Assembly (NCBI GenBank): GCA_946965045.2
Contig: OX337230.1
Location: 3,038,001 to 3,102,000 of the forward strand
Reading direction: 5' to 3'
Length of the DNA stretch: 64,000 bases
Source of the DNA: Epithemia pelagica
Lineage: Eukaryota > Protista > Bacillariophyta
Shown: piece by piece, positions 34,186 through 47,822 of the stretch
Position numbering within the stretch: the stretch's first letter is position 1
Layout: the number at the start of each line of letters is the position of its first letter
Notes under the pieces: generated by a model
Database searches by the model: none
The model's input: the letters and a program-made list of their open reading frames with translations, nothing else
What the model was told of the DNA's origin: nothing
Made by a program: the position numbers and the translations under genes

Positions 34186-35909
34186 CTAATATGACCGCAA
34201 CGATCCCGAAGACGGTTGTGCCATGGATTGCGGTGTTGGTGGATGAGGCCGTTGTTGCTGCTGAGCCGATGATCCAGTACTTGCCTGCGCCGCTGCCGAT
34301 GTGGAGGGACCCGTCGTGGCGCGATTGGAGGTGGTACCAGTGTTGTTGTTGTTGTTGTTATTATGGTTGGTTGTGGTGGAAGGTGAAAAGCCAAAATTGA
34401 CATAATCGGGTCGTTCGCAGGCCCGATATTCATCGACCAAATTTTGCACCGTTTCACGAGCATGATCAAATTCATCCAAGGATTCGGCAAACATGGGTTC
34501 GCGTCGGTAGGGATCCAAAAAGGCATTGCGTTTCTTGATTAAATCGTACTGTGTGAGTAAGCGGTCAAACAACTCGGCCATACTGGTATGATTGGCCAAC
34601 AAGAACCCAGATACCTTGTGTCGTGTTTCGACAAAGGGCGATTTGCGTGCCAAGGCTACTTGCACCGATGCCGGTCCCCAGGGAATAAAGTTGAGGGACG
34701 ATTTGTCGCGAATACGTTGCAAGGCCTTGTGAATGTCGGTAGGATCAATCGATCCTCGTCCACCGCCTCCACCTTCTTGAATGATATTGAGCATGGAAAT
34801 ATAGCACCCCGAATTTTTGGTATTGGCTGAGACCATGACATTTTTGGGTTGGGTCAAACGTCGCATGACATCCAAGACGGTAGTTTTGCGAATGCCTACC
34901 GACAAGAGTTCTCCACCCGATTCTTCGTCTGCTGCCAATTCAATGGGCGTATACCCGGTCATGAGGAAATGACATCGCGGAGTGGGAATCAAGGTGGCCA
35001 ACAAACCAATCAAATCATTGTTCATATAAGAGGGATATCGCAAGGTGGTTGTACTCGCGGCCATAATGGTGGCCACCAAGGAATTCAAGTGATCGACCGT
35101 TGGATTGGCAATGCGCAAACGTTCGACCGCAATGCGATTGAGGGCCATATTATCCAGAACAACAACTGCATCAGCATTCAAGGTCAAACGTTTCAAGGTT
35201 AGTAAGGAATTGTAGGGCTGCACCACCACATCCGATTGTTGATCTTGCCAAGAGGGAAATACACTGTAAGTTTGGACCAGTTTTTTGGGAAAATGGTCAT
35301 TGAGGCGTTCTAAAAGATAGGAACCCATTCCGCTTCCTGTTCCGCCAGCAATGGAATGGCACAAGACAAATCCCTCGAGTGAATCGGAATTGTCAGCTTC
35401 CCGATCCATCATATCAAAGACTTGTTCGTGAAATTCTTGTCCCTGTCGATATCCACTCGCCCAATTGTTACCCGCTCCACCACCATCGTGCGAACAAAAG
35501 ACATTTTCTGGATTGAATAGTTTTTGATTGGAATGCGCCAATTTGTGCAAGACGACTCGTGGTTCCAAATCCATCAACAAGGCTCGAGGAGTATACCGAT
35601 CGTCGTCCGATTGATAGAAAAAGACATCTTTGCGATCGTCAATCATGGAAGAGGCGGCATTCGTGGCTGTCACACCACTTCCAAAGGGAGAAGTGGTGGC
35701 GTTGGATGGCAATTCCTTGAGTGTTCCATCTCCTGGATTAATTCCGTGTTCCAAGCATAATTGCTTCCAGAATTCTCCTCCAATTTGGTTGCCACACTGA
35801 CCCACTTGAAGCTACAAAGTAGTAAGGCAAACATGTTGAGGGCCATTTATTTCCAATATGGTAACATGAACTAAGAACCCCTACTTACAGTAATGATCTC
35901 ACGAGGCAT
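34186..35909 (-). CDS. TUBG1: Gamma-tubulin, 2 exons
   Basis: MPREIIT | intron 35812-35888 | [11 protein letters not shown]. Motifs [48 protein letters not shown]. Low-complexity Asn/Ser/Gln tail. Confidence 0.97.
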
Positions 35910-36567
35910 GGTTTCCAACTTGTCGGAACAGAGTGAGCGACAAATGCAAGCTGAGGCGTGTCGAGAAAGATTGCGAGGCAAAAAAATGAGGGCGAAAAAG
36001 CAATGACGACCCTTGTTTGAACGACATGCACCCCCTCATTTCAGTAAGAGGGGGCGTAAAAGGGTGGGACGGACGGATCATTGGGGGGCAGCGCGACTGT
36101 TTGCCACCTTTTCGGAACCGGTGCATCATCGTCACCACCGGGGGTGTCATTCGCTCCAGCTTGACTGTAGAGTATTGTGTACCAACCAAAACTTTTTTTG
36201 AAGTGGTATTGATCTACCCCCAAGCAGGGGTGAGTGAGTCCCGCGTGATCGAATACGCTGCGCTTGTATTCCTCAGACAAATCGTGTATTCTATCGCTAG
36301 TCCTCATTACTCACCCACGCTGGGGAGTAGGTATTGATCGCACCGTCGATATCCCGGAAACACCCAGACTCGCAAAACGTGGCGAAAAAAGCGAAGATAA
36401 AATTCATATAACGGCGGCATTTATATTGTCGGCATCCTCTTCTTCTTGCTTCTTGCTTCCGGTGTTGTTGCTGTCGTTGGGTTTGTTGGAACGATATACG
36501 ACAACCAAGACTACAACGTTACTTTGCCCAACGCTCTCGTCCCTTGGTCCCCTGTGCTAATTGAACC

Positions 36568-37882
36568 ATGGCCCCTCGACAATTGTCCTCTCAATCCTCC
36601 ATGGACGAGTTGTCTGCTGGAAGTAGTAGCAGCTCCATGGTGGGCGACGACGGTGGTACGAGGCCGTTGATTTTTCACGATCATGGGGGTCCCACCGAAT
36701 CGTCTCTGCTCAAGGGAGCTCCGGCAGCCCAATTGTCGTCCATTTCTAATACAACAACCACTTCCACAGTGTCATCGGAAGCATCGGAAGGTCCTACGCC
36801 AGCTCAAATAGAAGTCGCTCGCTTCCATCATGATTGCTTCAACCTTGTTGCATTGGTACGTAGCCCTGCTTTCTCCTGTCCACCTGTGTGACCTTGCAGC
36901 TGGTGGGAAAGCCTTTCTGATGTTCTTGAATTGTTGCATTCTGTCACTCTACTCGTTCTACCACCGATCCCCCCTTTTGGTCATTGGTATGGACTTGATT
37001 TCGATGCATTGCGTCTGTCGCATCTGCTTTTCAATGTGGGACATCTATACTACTGCGTATATGTATATAGCTTGTCGTGATTGCTTCGGCAGTCATTGAT
37101 TGGGATTTTCCATTGCTGTTTCAAGGAGTTGGTAGTCTTGCCTACAAGGACAAGTACTTTTGGGTGACATGGACAGTAAGTGGTCAAGATGTAGTGATGT
37201 TACCGTCGCGATGGTCCAGGCAGTGACATATCCTCACGTCTTATCCGTGCCACAGACCATTTTGGGTTACTTTCTGATAGACTTGCTATGGGTCACCAGA
37301 ATTCCGCATTGTGTCAAGAGTCCGAAAACCATTGTCCAGGTGAGTGACACGTCCTGTTTCCATTGTTGCCATGTTTGGGGGGCACAGAGAAGACTGTTGC
37401 TTACCATGGTTCCTTGTTGCCGGATGGACCTGCCAATGTTCCATTATGTTCAGCATCACTTTGTGGTCCTCTTTTACCTTCTCGGCCCTGTTCTTTGGCC
37501 GACGTATCGCTGGTTTGTCGGCCCTGTGTTGTCGGTCGAAATCAATACCTGGTTTCTTATTTTACGACGAGTGGTGTACAAGAAAAACATTGTCATGCTG
37601 TCGGATGCCGTATCCTTTTCCTTTTACTTGTCATGGATCATTATTCGATGTGGTGTGCATCCATTAATCCTGTTTGAATACTTGTGTCTGGCCAAGGAAA
37701 AGATTCAAGAGACGGGTCAACTGTGGCATTGGCCAATGATTATGATCTTTTTGCAATTTGTCTTGTGTTGTCTCAATCTGAAATGGTCGTACGATCTTTT
37801 TTGTCCCATTGTCAAGTCATGGTTTGTACGAGAAGAGGGTGCAAGAAGGCGGACTCCTTCAGTTGTATCAAATGGATTATAG
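36568..37882 (+). CDS. TLC (TRAM-LAG1-CLN8) domain membrane protein, spliced
   Basis: HDCFNL, YFLIDLLW, ..QHH, VEINTWFLILRR and several hydrophobic helices. Internal exon boundaries are only partly resolved. Confidence 0.7.
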
Positions 37883-38955
37883 TTACGAAATCCATGCTTT
37901 GTTGTGTCTGTTCTTTCCTTGGGAGCTCAACTCGAGAGGGACGAGTATGTTGGAACAACTTGAAGCCATGCGGAAATGGGGAGACAGGCTTTATTCTGTT
38001 GTCCATCAAGTCACTGGTCATCATGGCGCTGGCATTGTCACTTTGGATGTTATTGATGTTACCCCCGTCAGAAAAAAAGTTCCAACTTGCGCTGTCACGT
38101 TCCTACGATAGATCGGCGTTGGCCACGTCCATTTTCAATGTTGTTGTTTGTTTTGTGTTTGGTATCTTCCCTTTGAGCGAGGGAAGCAAGTTGCAACATG
38201 ATCGAATCACCTACTGTACATTATAATCACAGCCTAACAGTCTGATTAAAGAACGAGGTTTCCGTTTCCACTCAACCCTAACACCGTCATTGCGATGATG
38301 ATCTGTCCTAACAATCCATTGATTTTGTCCCGCCAATCCTCGTGGACTGTCACTTCTTTGGTAACCTGTGTGCTTTATGCCTACCCACAGGAGAAGCCCA
38401 GTATCATCGTTGCTATTTCCTCTGGTGTCATTATTGCTGTTGTTCTGGCTACTTTGGTAATGGTTCCTGGAAGAAATACACTCCAATCCAACAATGGGCT
38501 CTCGAGTATGGCAGAGGTTTGCAAAAGTTCATGTCGGCGGAAATCTTCATCGAGCTGCAACCAAACCCTGGACCACAAAAGTCAAAGATATTTGTCACCA
38601 AACAATGAAGGGACGACAAAGTAAACATGGCTGAAGTCCGTTCAGAAAGTGCTTGTGGATGGAGCATTATCTTGCCCGGCCCAGATACTCGTGAGCAGTG
38701 TTATCGAAACGAGAGTTAGATTTTGTTGACGGTGTAGGAGTGGTTACCTGTAGAGGTTAGTCCTACATGGGACTGTCACCGATTCGACTTAATAGCTGTC
38801 ACCAATACCAGATTATTATCAGTGTATTCTCTAAATCCTTTAATAATGGTCGTAATTAAAAGAGCTGTTTGCCTCTGTTGGTAGTACGACCAATAAAAAA
38901 GAAAGACGATTCGTACCAAAATCGCATCCCAGTGTATGATATGCCGCGGTGCGTC

Positions 38956-41900
38956 TCAGTACGAACTCAGAACTTCTACAGTGACAATCCAAAACTTGGT
39001 ACCAGCGGGAAGTCCATAAGGATTGCTGTTCGTCCCAACTTCTCCAGCAGCCACAAGTTCTTTCTGCCCGACAATGCGACCCACCACAAAGTTTGGCTCA
39101 CCAGTCACACAATCTTTCGACAGATATCGATGAGGACAGTTGGTATGGAAGGCGAGATAGGTTCGTGGCTTGCCATCCTTGCTACCTCGACTCGCCAGCA
39201 TAAACAGGCCAACATCTCCAATATCAAAGCTGCGGTGACTTATTTTGTCCCCAGCGGCTAACTTGCTGTAGTTTGACTCAGCTTGTTTCAGAGACTCAGC
39301 CAGTGATGTCGCTTTTGCATTCGCTTCTGCCAGCTCTTTGCGAAGGGCAGCAATTTCGACTGCAGCTGATGATGTTCCTTCTTCCTGTGGACTGATACTA
39401 CCTTGATTTGCTTTCTGGTTTGCTGCTGCTTCCTCAAGGTACGCACGGGGTGGTTTTCCACCTAAGCGCTCAATCGTTTGTCGAAGAACAGCATTCTCAT
39501 AGGCCAAAGTCTTGGCTTCCGCTTCTACCGCAGCTCCTTCTGCCGGATCGAATATAATACCGTCACCACTATGCTCATCTGCACTGACAATCAATTGATC
39601 TTGTTGCTGTTGTTGTGGATCTTGTGACTCCGGCTGTGCAGGACCCTGTTGTCCTTGAATCATTGTGTCTTCTTCAGGAATTTGTTGTTGCGGACGTGCG
39701 GCGTTGCCCCGAACCACTGTACTCACAACCATTGGATCGCCACCCGCCGAACCTTGCTGCGATGACGACTGATTTGGTCCAGCCACAACAGGGTGACTTT
39801 CTGCTGTCAACGAAGATGCACTGCTCACTCCACCCGTCTCAGCTGGGATTGGATGCATTTCAGTATCGGCAAGATGTGTTCCACCTGGTACGGTTGCAAC
39901 GCCCACTGGACTGTCATCCGCTTCTCCAATAGTTGGGAGGGAGTCCAGTTCAATCACAGAAGGCATTTGAGGCGTGAATAATGGAGGTGGCGTAGCTAGA
40001 GTTGGTGCAAACAAATCGAAAAATGGTGGCATCAAGTGGCGACCTGGTCCGCGCAAGAACTTTTCTCGTGCCTTGACTTCATCCGTTCGCATGGCCGCAA
40101 GTCGTTCTACCATGGCGCGAGACAGCGAATTGACAGCTTGTCCATACGCTCGTCTTCGTCGAATCTCCGATAAGAAGGCCCGATACGACTCGGGGAGTTC
40201 TGACAAGTGCTCTAGATGTGTCATGTTTTCGGTTTGCTGTGTCATGGCATCGCGGACGACCACAACATTGCTCAAAACCCTTTGAATATTCGATTGTGTG
40301 CGACTAATTTCTTTCAGCCGCATCTTCATCCTTTGCATCGCTCGTGTCTTGGATTCTTCGACACGTCCCATGATCTCTTTCATTGTAGCATCGTCCTTGA
40401 TCATGGCAGGGATAACATCTTTCGATGACTTAGATTTTTCTCCAAGGGGCCCAAAGGCGGCTTGGGTGTCATCGTCTCGATTTTCCGATTCCAAAGCTTT
40501 CATAATGGTATTGACGACATACGAATGGTCTGCTGTCAGACGATCGAGGCGTTCGGACTGAGCATCACGGCATTGTTTCATCTCCCCTTCCACAAGATTC
40601 CACAATGTCTGCACTTCCTCTTCGGCCTGACGATCTTTGGCAGCTTCCTCTTCGCGTGACGCCGTGGTTCCAAGATCACCAAATGCCGTTTCCAACTCGG
40701 CAAACAATGCTGCTAAACGCTCGTGACCTAATGCACACTGTTGCGACCAACTCCGTTCCTTCTCCACAGGCACTGTATCCAGCAAGGTTTCCAAGACTCG
40801 TCCCGAAGAGCGCGCCATGCTGACCAAGGAGGAATGCAAGTCTATGGTCGCAAGTTGCGATAAAATCGATTCAAAGCTTTGCAACAAGTTGGAGTGTGCT
40901 GCGAGTTTAGACTGAAAGGAGGCGGTGAACTCGGCACGGGTCCGTGTGGCCGTGTGGTAGTGATCGGCCAAATTGGACACGGCCGCTCGCAAGGCTCGGG
41001 CAATCACCGCTTGCTCTTGGACACAGGTACGACAGGCAGCCAACCTCAAGTCAGCTCCATCGGCAAAGGCTCGACCCTGAGCCAAGTACAGCATGAATTG
41101 GCGCTCATAGGCCGTTAAGGCCTGATGAAGTGGGGGCAATGTGGCGGTGGAGGATGCCACATCAATGTTGAGTGGACTGGGACCAGGAGCTTCGGTAGGT
41201 AATTTGACATCTTTGGGTTGCAACAAGCAAATAGGACTTTCTGCAGTCGACGATTCGGAGAGAGATCGTTTCGAGAAAAGGAATAACCGGCGGGCCCCCG
41301 TTCGTTCAGAGCCGGCTAAGATCTTACTGTCTACAGAAGATTGAGACTTTAAAACAGGAGGAGGAGTTGTTGTCGTGTCTTCCTGTTGATATTGGTGTTG
41401 CGGTGGTTGTGAAGGAGCGTCTCTGGATTTGTCGTCGGGAATCAAGTCGTCTTCTACATCACCTAACCGCAGTGCATTCAATACTTCCTCGGACTGGAGG
41501 GTAGCATCTTTGGGAACCTTATACGGTGGACCCAGAAGCAATATTTGATCCGATGGTGGAATCGCAGCTGCCAAGTGGGCTCTCAAATTGGCCACGCTGT
41601 ATCCATAGACATCAACAATAGTGATTATACATCGAGGGGACAAACGAACACGCTGTCAGAAACTTTGAAGAGAACTCATGACTCATGATCCAAGGGTTCC
41701 TCAATGACACCAAAAAGCACATAGCCAATGCGACAATTCAAGTCCTTTGAAGCTGAGTCGAACGCATTGTCCACGGTAGCCAGACGACGACCTTCGATAC
41801 TCGTCCTCCAAACCCACACGAGTCGTGTGTCCATCACTTCGCTCGCACAACAACAAAAAGACGCTTGACAGAAAACTTACGTCAATTCCGATGGAAGCAA

Positions 41901-41990
41901 GGTAATTCGAAAGGTCACCCCGGTTTCAGCCACAAGTACTCGAAGTGTAACACCTTTGGCTGAAGGATAGGTGGCAATGGTCGGAACCAT
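38956..41990 (-). CDS. ATG11: Autophagy-related protein 11 / FIP200-like, 2 exons
   Basis: Exon 1 (41990-41881) has ubiquitin-like LRVLVAETGVTFRI; intron 41597-41880; long coiled coil; C-terminal Claw motif ISHRSFDIGDVGLF...YLAF...GRIV...NPYGLP.G.KFWIV. Confidence 0.88.
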
Positions 41991-42477
41991 GGTGCTCCTC
42001 GTCTACAAGATGGCTTTTAGGAGTTCATTGATGGAGATCTAAAGTGTGTTGTGTTCTGCAAAGTGTCTCGCTTCTGCAAAAATTTCAGTCCATAATCAGC
42101 ATTTTTCTTTGTGCGGCTTTTGTGCTTTTTTCCTATCGACTGTGTCATTTCTCCTATTTCTTAAGGACTACCCAGATCTACTGTTCAAAATTTGTTAGAG
42201 AATTATAACAATAAATGTTTCGACCGCTGGAAATTAAAAGAAATTTCGAAAGAGTCCGTCAGTTTTGTTGGTTGTTCGTGGGGAAGAATTCCCCGTTGAC
42301 GTAGACGCGAATCACAATGACCATGAGCGACTGGTCAATCTACCGAAGCTATGTCCCTCGTTTGGGGAGGTCATTGAATTCACTATCTCTAGTCTCTAGA
42401 CAACACAAACAGAATGAAAACCAATGAATGGTCCAAATAATGTCTATAATTATCTTGTGGTATTTTCAGAGTAGCAG

Positions 42478-44616
42478 CTATGATGATTCTGGCGCCGGAA
42501 CAGGTCCTGTTGATGACAACGAAGACTTAGAGGAAGACCCATCCGGTTGCGGATTATTGTCTGCTCCTCTCCGTTGGAATAGTCGATTGAATAGAAAGGG
42601 TCCCCACCAGATTCGACCGGTGAAGCACAAGGCCCTAAATATTTGAAAAATACCAAACAAGAGCCACACTTGACCCACCGACCCTTTGCGCATTTTAATC
42701 ACCAGCAAGGCGGGAGGGAGCATGGCCGTACTCAACAGGTACACCACAGCCAAGAATCCCAACTGTCGTCGCGCCAACAAGACACCTTCTCCCACCGCCA
42801 CAGGAGCCCAGGCAAAGGCACCCAACCATAAATACTTGGCCAATGGCTTGACAGCGTTTTGAACCGTGGTGTCGCTGGTCAAAATACCACCAAAGTACGC
42901 TGGAATCAACGAGACAAGACTCGCAATCCCGGCGGCCGACAAGAAACCCAGTCCCAACAAAGTCGTCGATACCCGTTGGGCTGCATGTTCCCATGGTTTC
43001 ACTTCCGAAAACTGTTTCGTCTTGTCTTTCTGCTGTTCCATAAAGTTTTGAATGGGTGCCAAGAACGGCGGCAAGAAGGTTTGCGCTGTTTGACTAATCA
43101 CTTCCAAAAAGGGACTGCAAAAGAAGAGTAAACTCAGAATAATTTGATGCGCAGCCAATGGTGTTGGTTGTCCCGGAACACCTGCTGCCGCGTTGGTCAT
43201 GAAACCAAAAGCGGCCAGTTTGCCCAAAATCAATGTCAAGACGGGAGCGGCAAAACTCAAAAAAGATTTGGAAGTGACCATCGTTTGGTTGTTTTTCTTT
43301 TTTGCTTGTTCTTCCATTTGTGTCGTTTTGCGAGTGCCAACGATTCCCAAGTGGTGGTCATGAACTAGTTTTCGTCGTGCGGGGACCAACAGTGCCGCAG
43401 TGGCGGCCCATTGTGCGACCGTTGTGGCAATGGCAGCTCCGGTCAACCCCAAATTGAGACGGTTCACCAAGAGATAATCTCCCGAAACATTAATCACGGT
43501 CGAATACACAATTGCAATCAAGGGTGTCACAGAATCTTTGGCACCCAACAAGGCCGCCTGCAAAACACCCAATAGCAAACTGGTGGGCATGTGCAAGGCT
43601 CGGACGCGGACGTAGTATGTGGCCGACTCCAACAGCTCCGGTGTCGTTTCTACGGCATCGGCCCCAATGTACAAACGCAAGAGTGGTCTACAGACGGTCA
43701 ACAAGAGAATCATGATGGCAAATCCACATTGCAACGACACACGTGCCGCAGTGCGTACCACCGACTCAGCCTGGATGTTAAATGTTTCCTGACTATCATC
43801 CTTTGATTGATCGACCGAGGAAGAAGCACGGGCCGACGAGTACAAATTTGTCGTTGCCACATTCAGAAAGGCAAACAGGTACGTGGCTCCGTCCATAAAA
43901 GTTGTGGCAGGCCCCAAAGCTTCAGAAAGAAATTGTAGAATCAGCAATGTGAGACGATATAAATATGAAAAAGCATGACTGACGAAAAGGGTTCATTGGT
44001 GCCAACCCACCTGCCAATCTTTTTGCGGACATATCCGGGGAGCCCGAAAGACCAACAAACGAAGTATCAACCAAAGACAGCAATGGGCCTGCAATCCACA
44101 ATCCCAAACAGGGCAAAGCAAATTTCGTATATTGCAAAAGGGTTGGCATTTCTGGTAGTTTTCCAAGGGCGACATTGTTGTTCTTGCTGGACTGTGAGTT
44201 TGTTGATGCCGTTGACGACGGCGTCGTCGACGCGTTTTCCTCCAACTCTTCCTGTGCTCCACCCCGAATTGCTTCTACCGTAGTACCATCAGGAAGTCGA
44301 GAGTTATCTGTTCTCTCGAGGGGAATGGCATCATCGGATGTGATTGAGGCTTCTTGGCTTTCTTCATCGACATTCGTGTTGGTTGTGGCCGAAAGAACAG
44401 TGGCTGTTTGAAGTCTTCGAGATCTAGGAAAGATCAATGGCTCGCATGCCGATGATGCCGATGGAAGGGATGACGAGAGTCGCCTACATCGTGAGGCAGC
44501 GGTTGTCTTTCTCGCAAACTCCGCTAGAGGTGGAGTTGAGGTGGAGTTGCCAAAGCTCTTCCTTGACTCGCTTGCAGAACTGCCAGCCAAAGAATAAAAA
44601 CAATCCTCTCCATCAT
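42478..44616 (-). CDS. MATE-family transporter (plastid-type); N-terminus has a frame discrepancy
   Basis: LWIAGPLLSLVDTSFVG, ALGPAT, YVRVRAL..P, LAAHQI and TAQ motifs with intron 43920-44010. The 5' start is uncertain (see findings). Confidence 0.85.
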
Positions 44617-46781
44617 CCTCCGTCTATTCGTTCGATCCATTCGAACAGAACTGGACAAGGACAAAGACACGACAAGGCGTCGAGAATCTTCGAATGGCAT
44701 TTGGCCATTCATGCCGATCGCCCACCGCCATCAAAACCTCCAAGATCCTGCGACTGCGACGTACGTACTCGGACAGGAGTCGATATGACGTCACCATATC
44801 CCTCAAAAGCGACCCGACACCAGACCCGAATCCAATGGACCGACTGACATGGCTCCATCGATCCCAACGAGAATTCTGGTAGATTCAAGACTCCAAACCC
44901 GAACACTCCGAAGAGCAGGTCTTGTTGATGTCAAGGAATGTCGCGATTCATAGGCCTGCATACAATTCTCGGAGTCGCACCGAGTACCGCTTCGTTCTTG
45001 ATCTGTCCGAGTCACCGTTCTGAACCCTCGGTATCAGTGTCCACTGCTTAGCTGTTTTTTGTCTGTGCCACCTTCATAGGTTCCCAGGTGGACACAGACA
45101 GAAAATTTCACTTTTCGTCTGTCCTTTTCACCAATATGGTTCCTCGTGCTGGTGGAAATGCCGGCGTGCAAGTGACAGTTGGCGATTAGCATCTTCCTGT
45201 GACCGTGACCACGATTCAAATTTGGAATCCTTTCACACGACTCTCGTCTCGTCACAAAAATCTCACACGCGGTGTCAAAAACATCGACATTGACCATGAA
45301 ACGAGCTCTTTCCGAATCCTTGCGACCTGAAGCAGTATTTTGGTTTTTCTCTCTTGTTGCTTGTTGTTTGTCTCTTAGCTTCTTTCATGTCCTGTATAGT
45401 TTTCTCACACGTTATCTCATTAATCTTTGTCCCTGTTAATGTTGATGCTTGGTGCTCCTTTTATTTTGTCGCAATGAAATGGAGGACAAGTCATTGTCGG
45501 CCGTTTGCCACAACTTCTCCTTGCTTTAATCGTAGTGCTGTTTGATTGTTGGCTGGTTGTGTTCTTATTTTTGTAGCATGTTTTTTTACTGTCATCATTG
45601 TGCTTCGCCCATCTCCATGTCGACCACAGATCAAGAACCTTTCGTTGTGTGTCGGATACTCAAGTACCTAAACCTAGAGATGACGACAAACTGAGGCAGC
45701 TTGTTGCCACTAGGCCTACTCAAACTAGTCTTCATAGATCACAGAGTCGATCAGATATGCTTCAAGATGGCCTCAAAGCTACACCAGAGTGTCATGGTTG
45801 TTGAAAGCACGGCAATAAAACGCACGATCTTACAAAATCTATGAAAGATTAGAACTAAACTTCTGATAGAAACTCCTAAAATACTCCTACAAAGAAATGA
45901 ATCTCTATGTGGTCTTTAATTTTAAGCCGAGGCTCGAATGGAGAATTGGCATTCCATAGGCACAAACATTCACTCTCAATGAAGTGGACAGAGAGAGAGA
46001 CAGTTGTCGAATGTCGAATATCAGAAGAGAAAAACGAATACAAGTGTGAGGGAGAAGTTAGAATGACAGTACAAGAACTGTTGTTGTCATGGAAACATTT
46101 TTGTACGTTCAAACTTACCTCAATTGCATGAAAGGCGACAATTCATGCCATGCCATTGTGGGTGATGGCCTCTGTATGATTTTATGGGGGATTCGGATGG
46201 CGCATTCTGCAAAGACCAACCAACCGTCATCCACGCAGGGCCGCTTGCTGGGCATGCGTCTGATTCATGAACTGCGAAAACTCCAGCTGTGTATGCGTGC
46301 CAATTTGCAATTTAGTCATTTCCATTTGCGTCAAAAAGGAAATTTTCTGTCTGTGTCCACTCGGGAACCTATGAAGGTGGCACAGACAAAAAACAGCTAA
46401 GCAGTGGACACTGATACCGAGGGACTCATTCCGCATGGAACAAGATTCAATCACCCATGTCTGGCCAAAATCTGAATGTTCCGTGTTCCATTGACGCTGC
46501 CGTGCCAAGATGAGTACAAGAATCTTCGCATAGGTAGATTCCGAAATGACCAGTGGCAAAACCACAGATTCCGTCTTGTTTCAGGCGCGACTGTGTGGCT
46601 CTTGATTCTCTACCACACACAACACGTCAAATCTCTCGAATCGTCCACGTACACCCGACGTGGAAAAAAATTAAAACACAAAGTTGCTCCTCCACCATCG
46701 GAAAACACAAAATCAAAGACTGCAACAAGTCAAACACCCGAATCAACACCTTTTCAACGTTTTCCTCTTATCGTCAACACA

Positions 46782-47213
46782 ATGAACCGAAGAATGATGA
46801 ATGAAGCCGAATCATCACAAGTGTGGTTGACCTCAAGACCACGATCCAGAAGACCTCGCAGTGAGGCCATTCCCATCAAGAGCAAGTCGCTGTCCATCAA
46901 GATGTCATTATCAGAACCAGTTTCCTCCAACGACAGTGTCGCCTCGACCGACTCAGACTCCAGCGCCGACCGGAGGTACGAGTTTGCCACGTGGCAAATG
47001 TACAATCGCATCATTGACTATCGGCAGAGGAATCCCCACACTTGCCGATATCAGAATCAGTCGGAAGAGGAGGATGGCTTCTCTTCCTATGAAGACTCAA
47101 ACTTGGTGGGACGAGAGAGCACGTCGCGAGTTGCCGCATCAAGTCATCAACGAATGATGATGGAGAATCTTGACACTTCGGTCGAGGACGAGATATTTGA
47201 TTTGGAACTGTAA
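46782..47213 (+). CDS. Small Ser-rich protein of unknown function with YEFATWQMYNRI and terminal EIFDLEL motifs
   Basis: 143-aa ATG ORF with locally well-structured motifs. No named family recognised. Confidence 0.6.
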   Translation: MNRRMMNEAESSQVWLTSRPRSRRPRSEAIPIKSKSLSIKMSLSEPVSSNDSVASTDSDSSADRRYEFATWQMYNRIIDYRQRNPHTCRYQNQSEEEDGFSSYEDSNLVGRESTSRVAASSHQRMMMENLDTSVEDEIFDLEL

Positions 47214-47822
47214 CCCCGTGTACATACGTTTTTGTTCCATTCACAACTATCATAAACATAGAAATAAAATTTTCTCTACGTCTTTGCTCCAATATACTTC
47301 TTATTGATTGAATCAATTGATGGTCGAAACGAATCTTCCCCTTCCAGGACCATTGCAAAACTTCCCCCATTGACACGTCCGCCTTGGTATGGAAAACTAC
47401 AACTATCGTAAACCGAAGTGTTTCTTGTGTCACCTAGGTGCATCTACTACTCCTAGCCTCTCATGGACAAACCAAAAGTTAAAGGCACAAGTACAAAAAA
47501 GTTTCCGATAGCCAGCAAAATGATAATGCAGGCCATTTCAACGTTCTTTTGCATCTTAGCGCCTATGTGCAAGAAAACCGCCCGATGGGATGGCGGCGTA
47601 GATTGCTTGTTGGTTTCGTTTCGCTCCCGGGACACTGGAACGAAGGTCGGGAAATGTACAAGGACGATCCAGGGTCGATTCACTACATTGATCAAAAAAT
47701 GACGTCGGAAACCATTTGTTGACCAGACCAGAGCTATTTTTGCCAGACCAACAGGAAAGGAGTAGATTGTGATACAGGTAGTTTTTTCATCTCTACAACG
47801 CGCCACCGATACTGTAGGGTGC

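Noticed and set aside
34330-34375. (TTG)n run as a distinct repeat element
   Set aside because: It is the poly-Asn coding tract in the gamma-tubulin tail.
25488-35909. TTLL12-like and gamma-tubulin genes as a microtubule gene cluster
   Set aside because: They are separated by three unrelated genes; proximity is expected by chance in a compact genome.
38342-38608. Short ORF with ...IELQPNPGP resembling a 2A ribosome-skipping motif
   Set aside because: It does not fit D(V/I)ExNPGP, and there is no evidence the ORF is a gene.
41597-41880. Unusually long introns (ATG11 here; DUF493 at ~47857-48125) as snoRNA hosts
   Set aside because: No convincing C/D or H/ACA boxes were seen by eye; a snoRNA scan would be needed.
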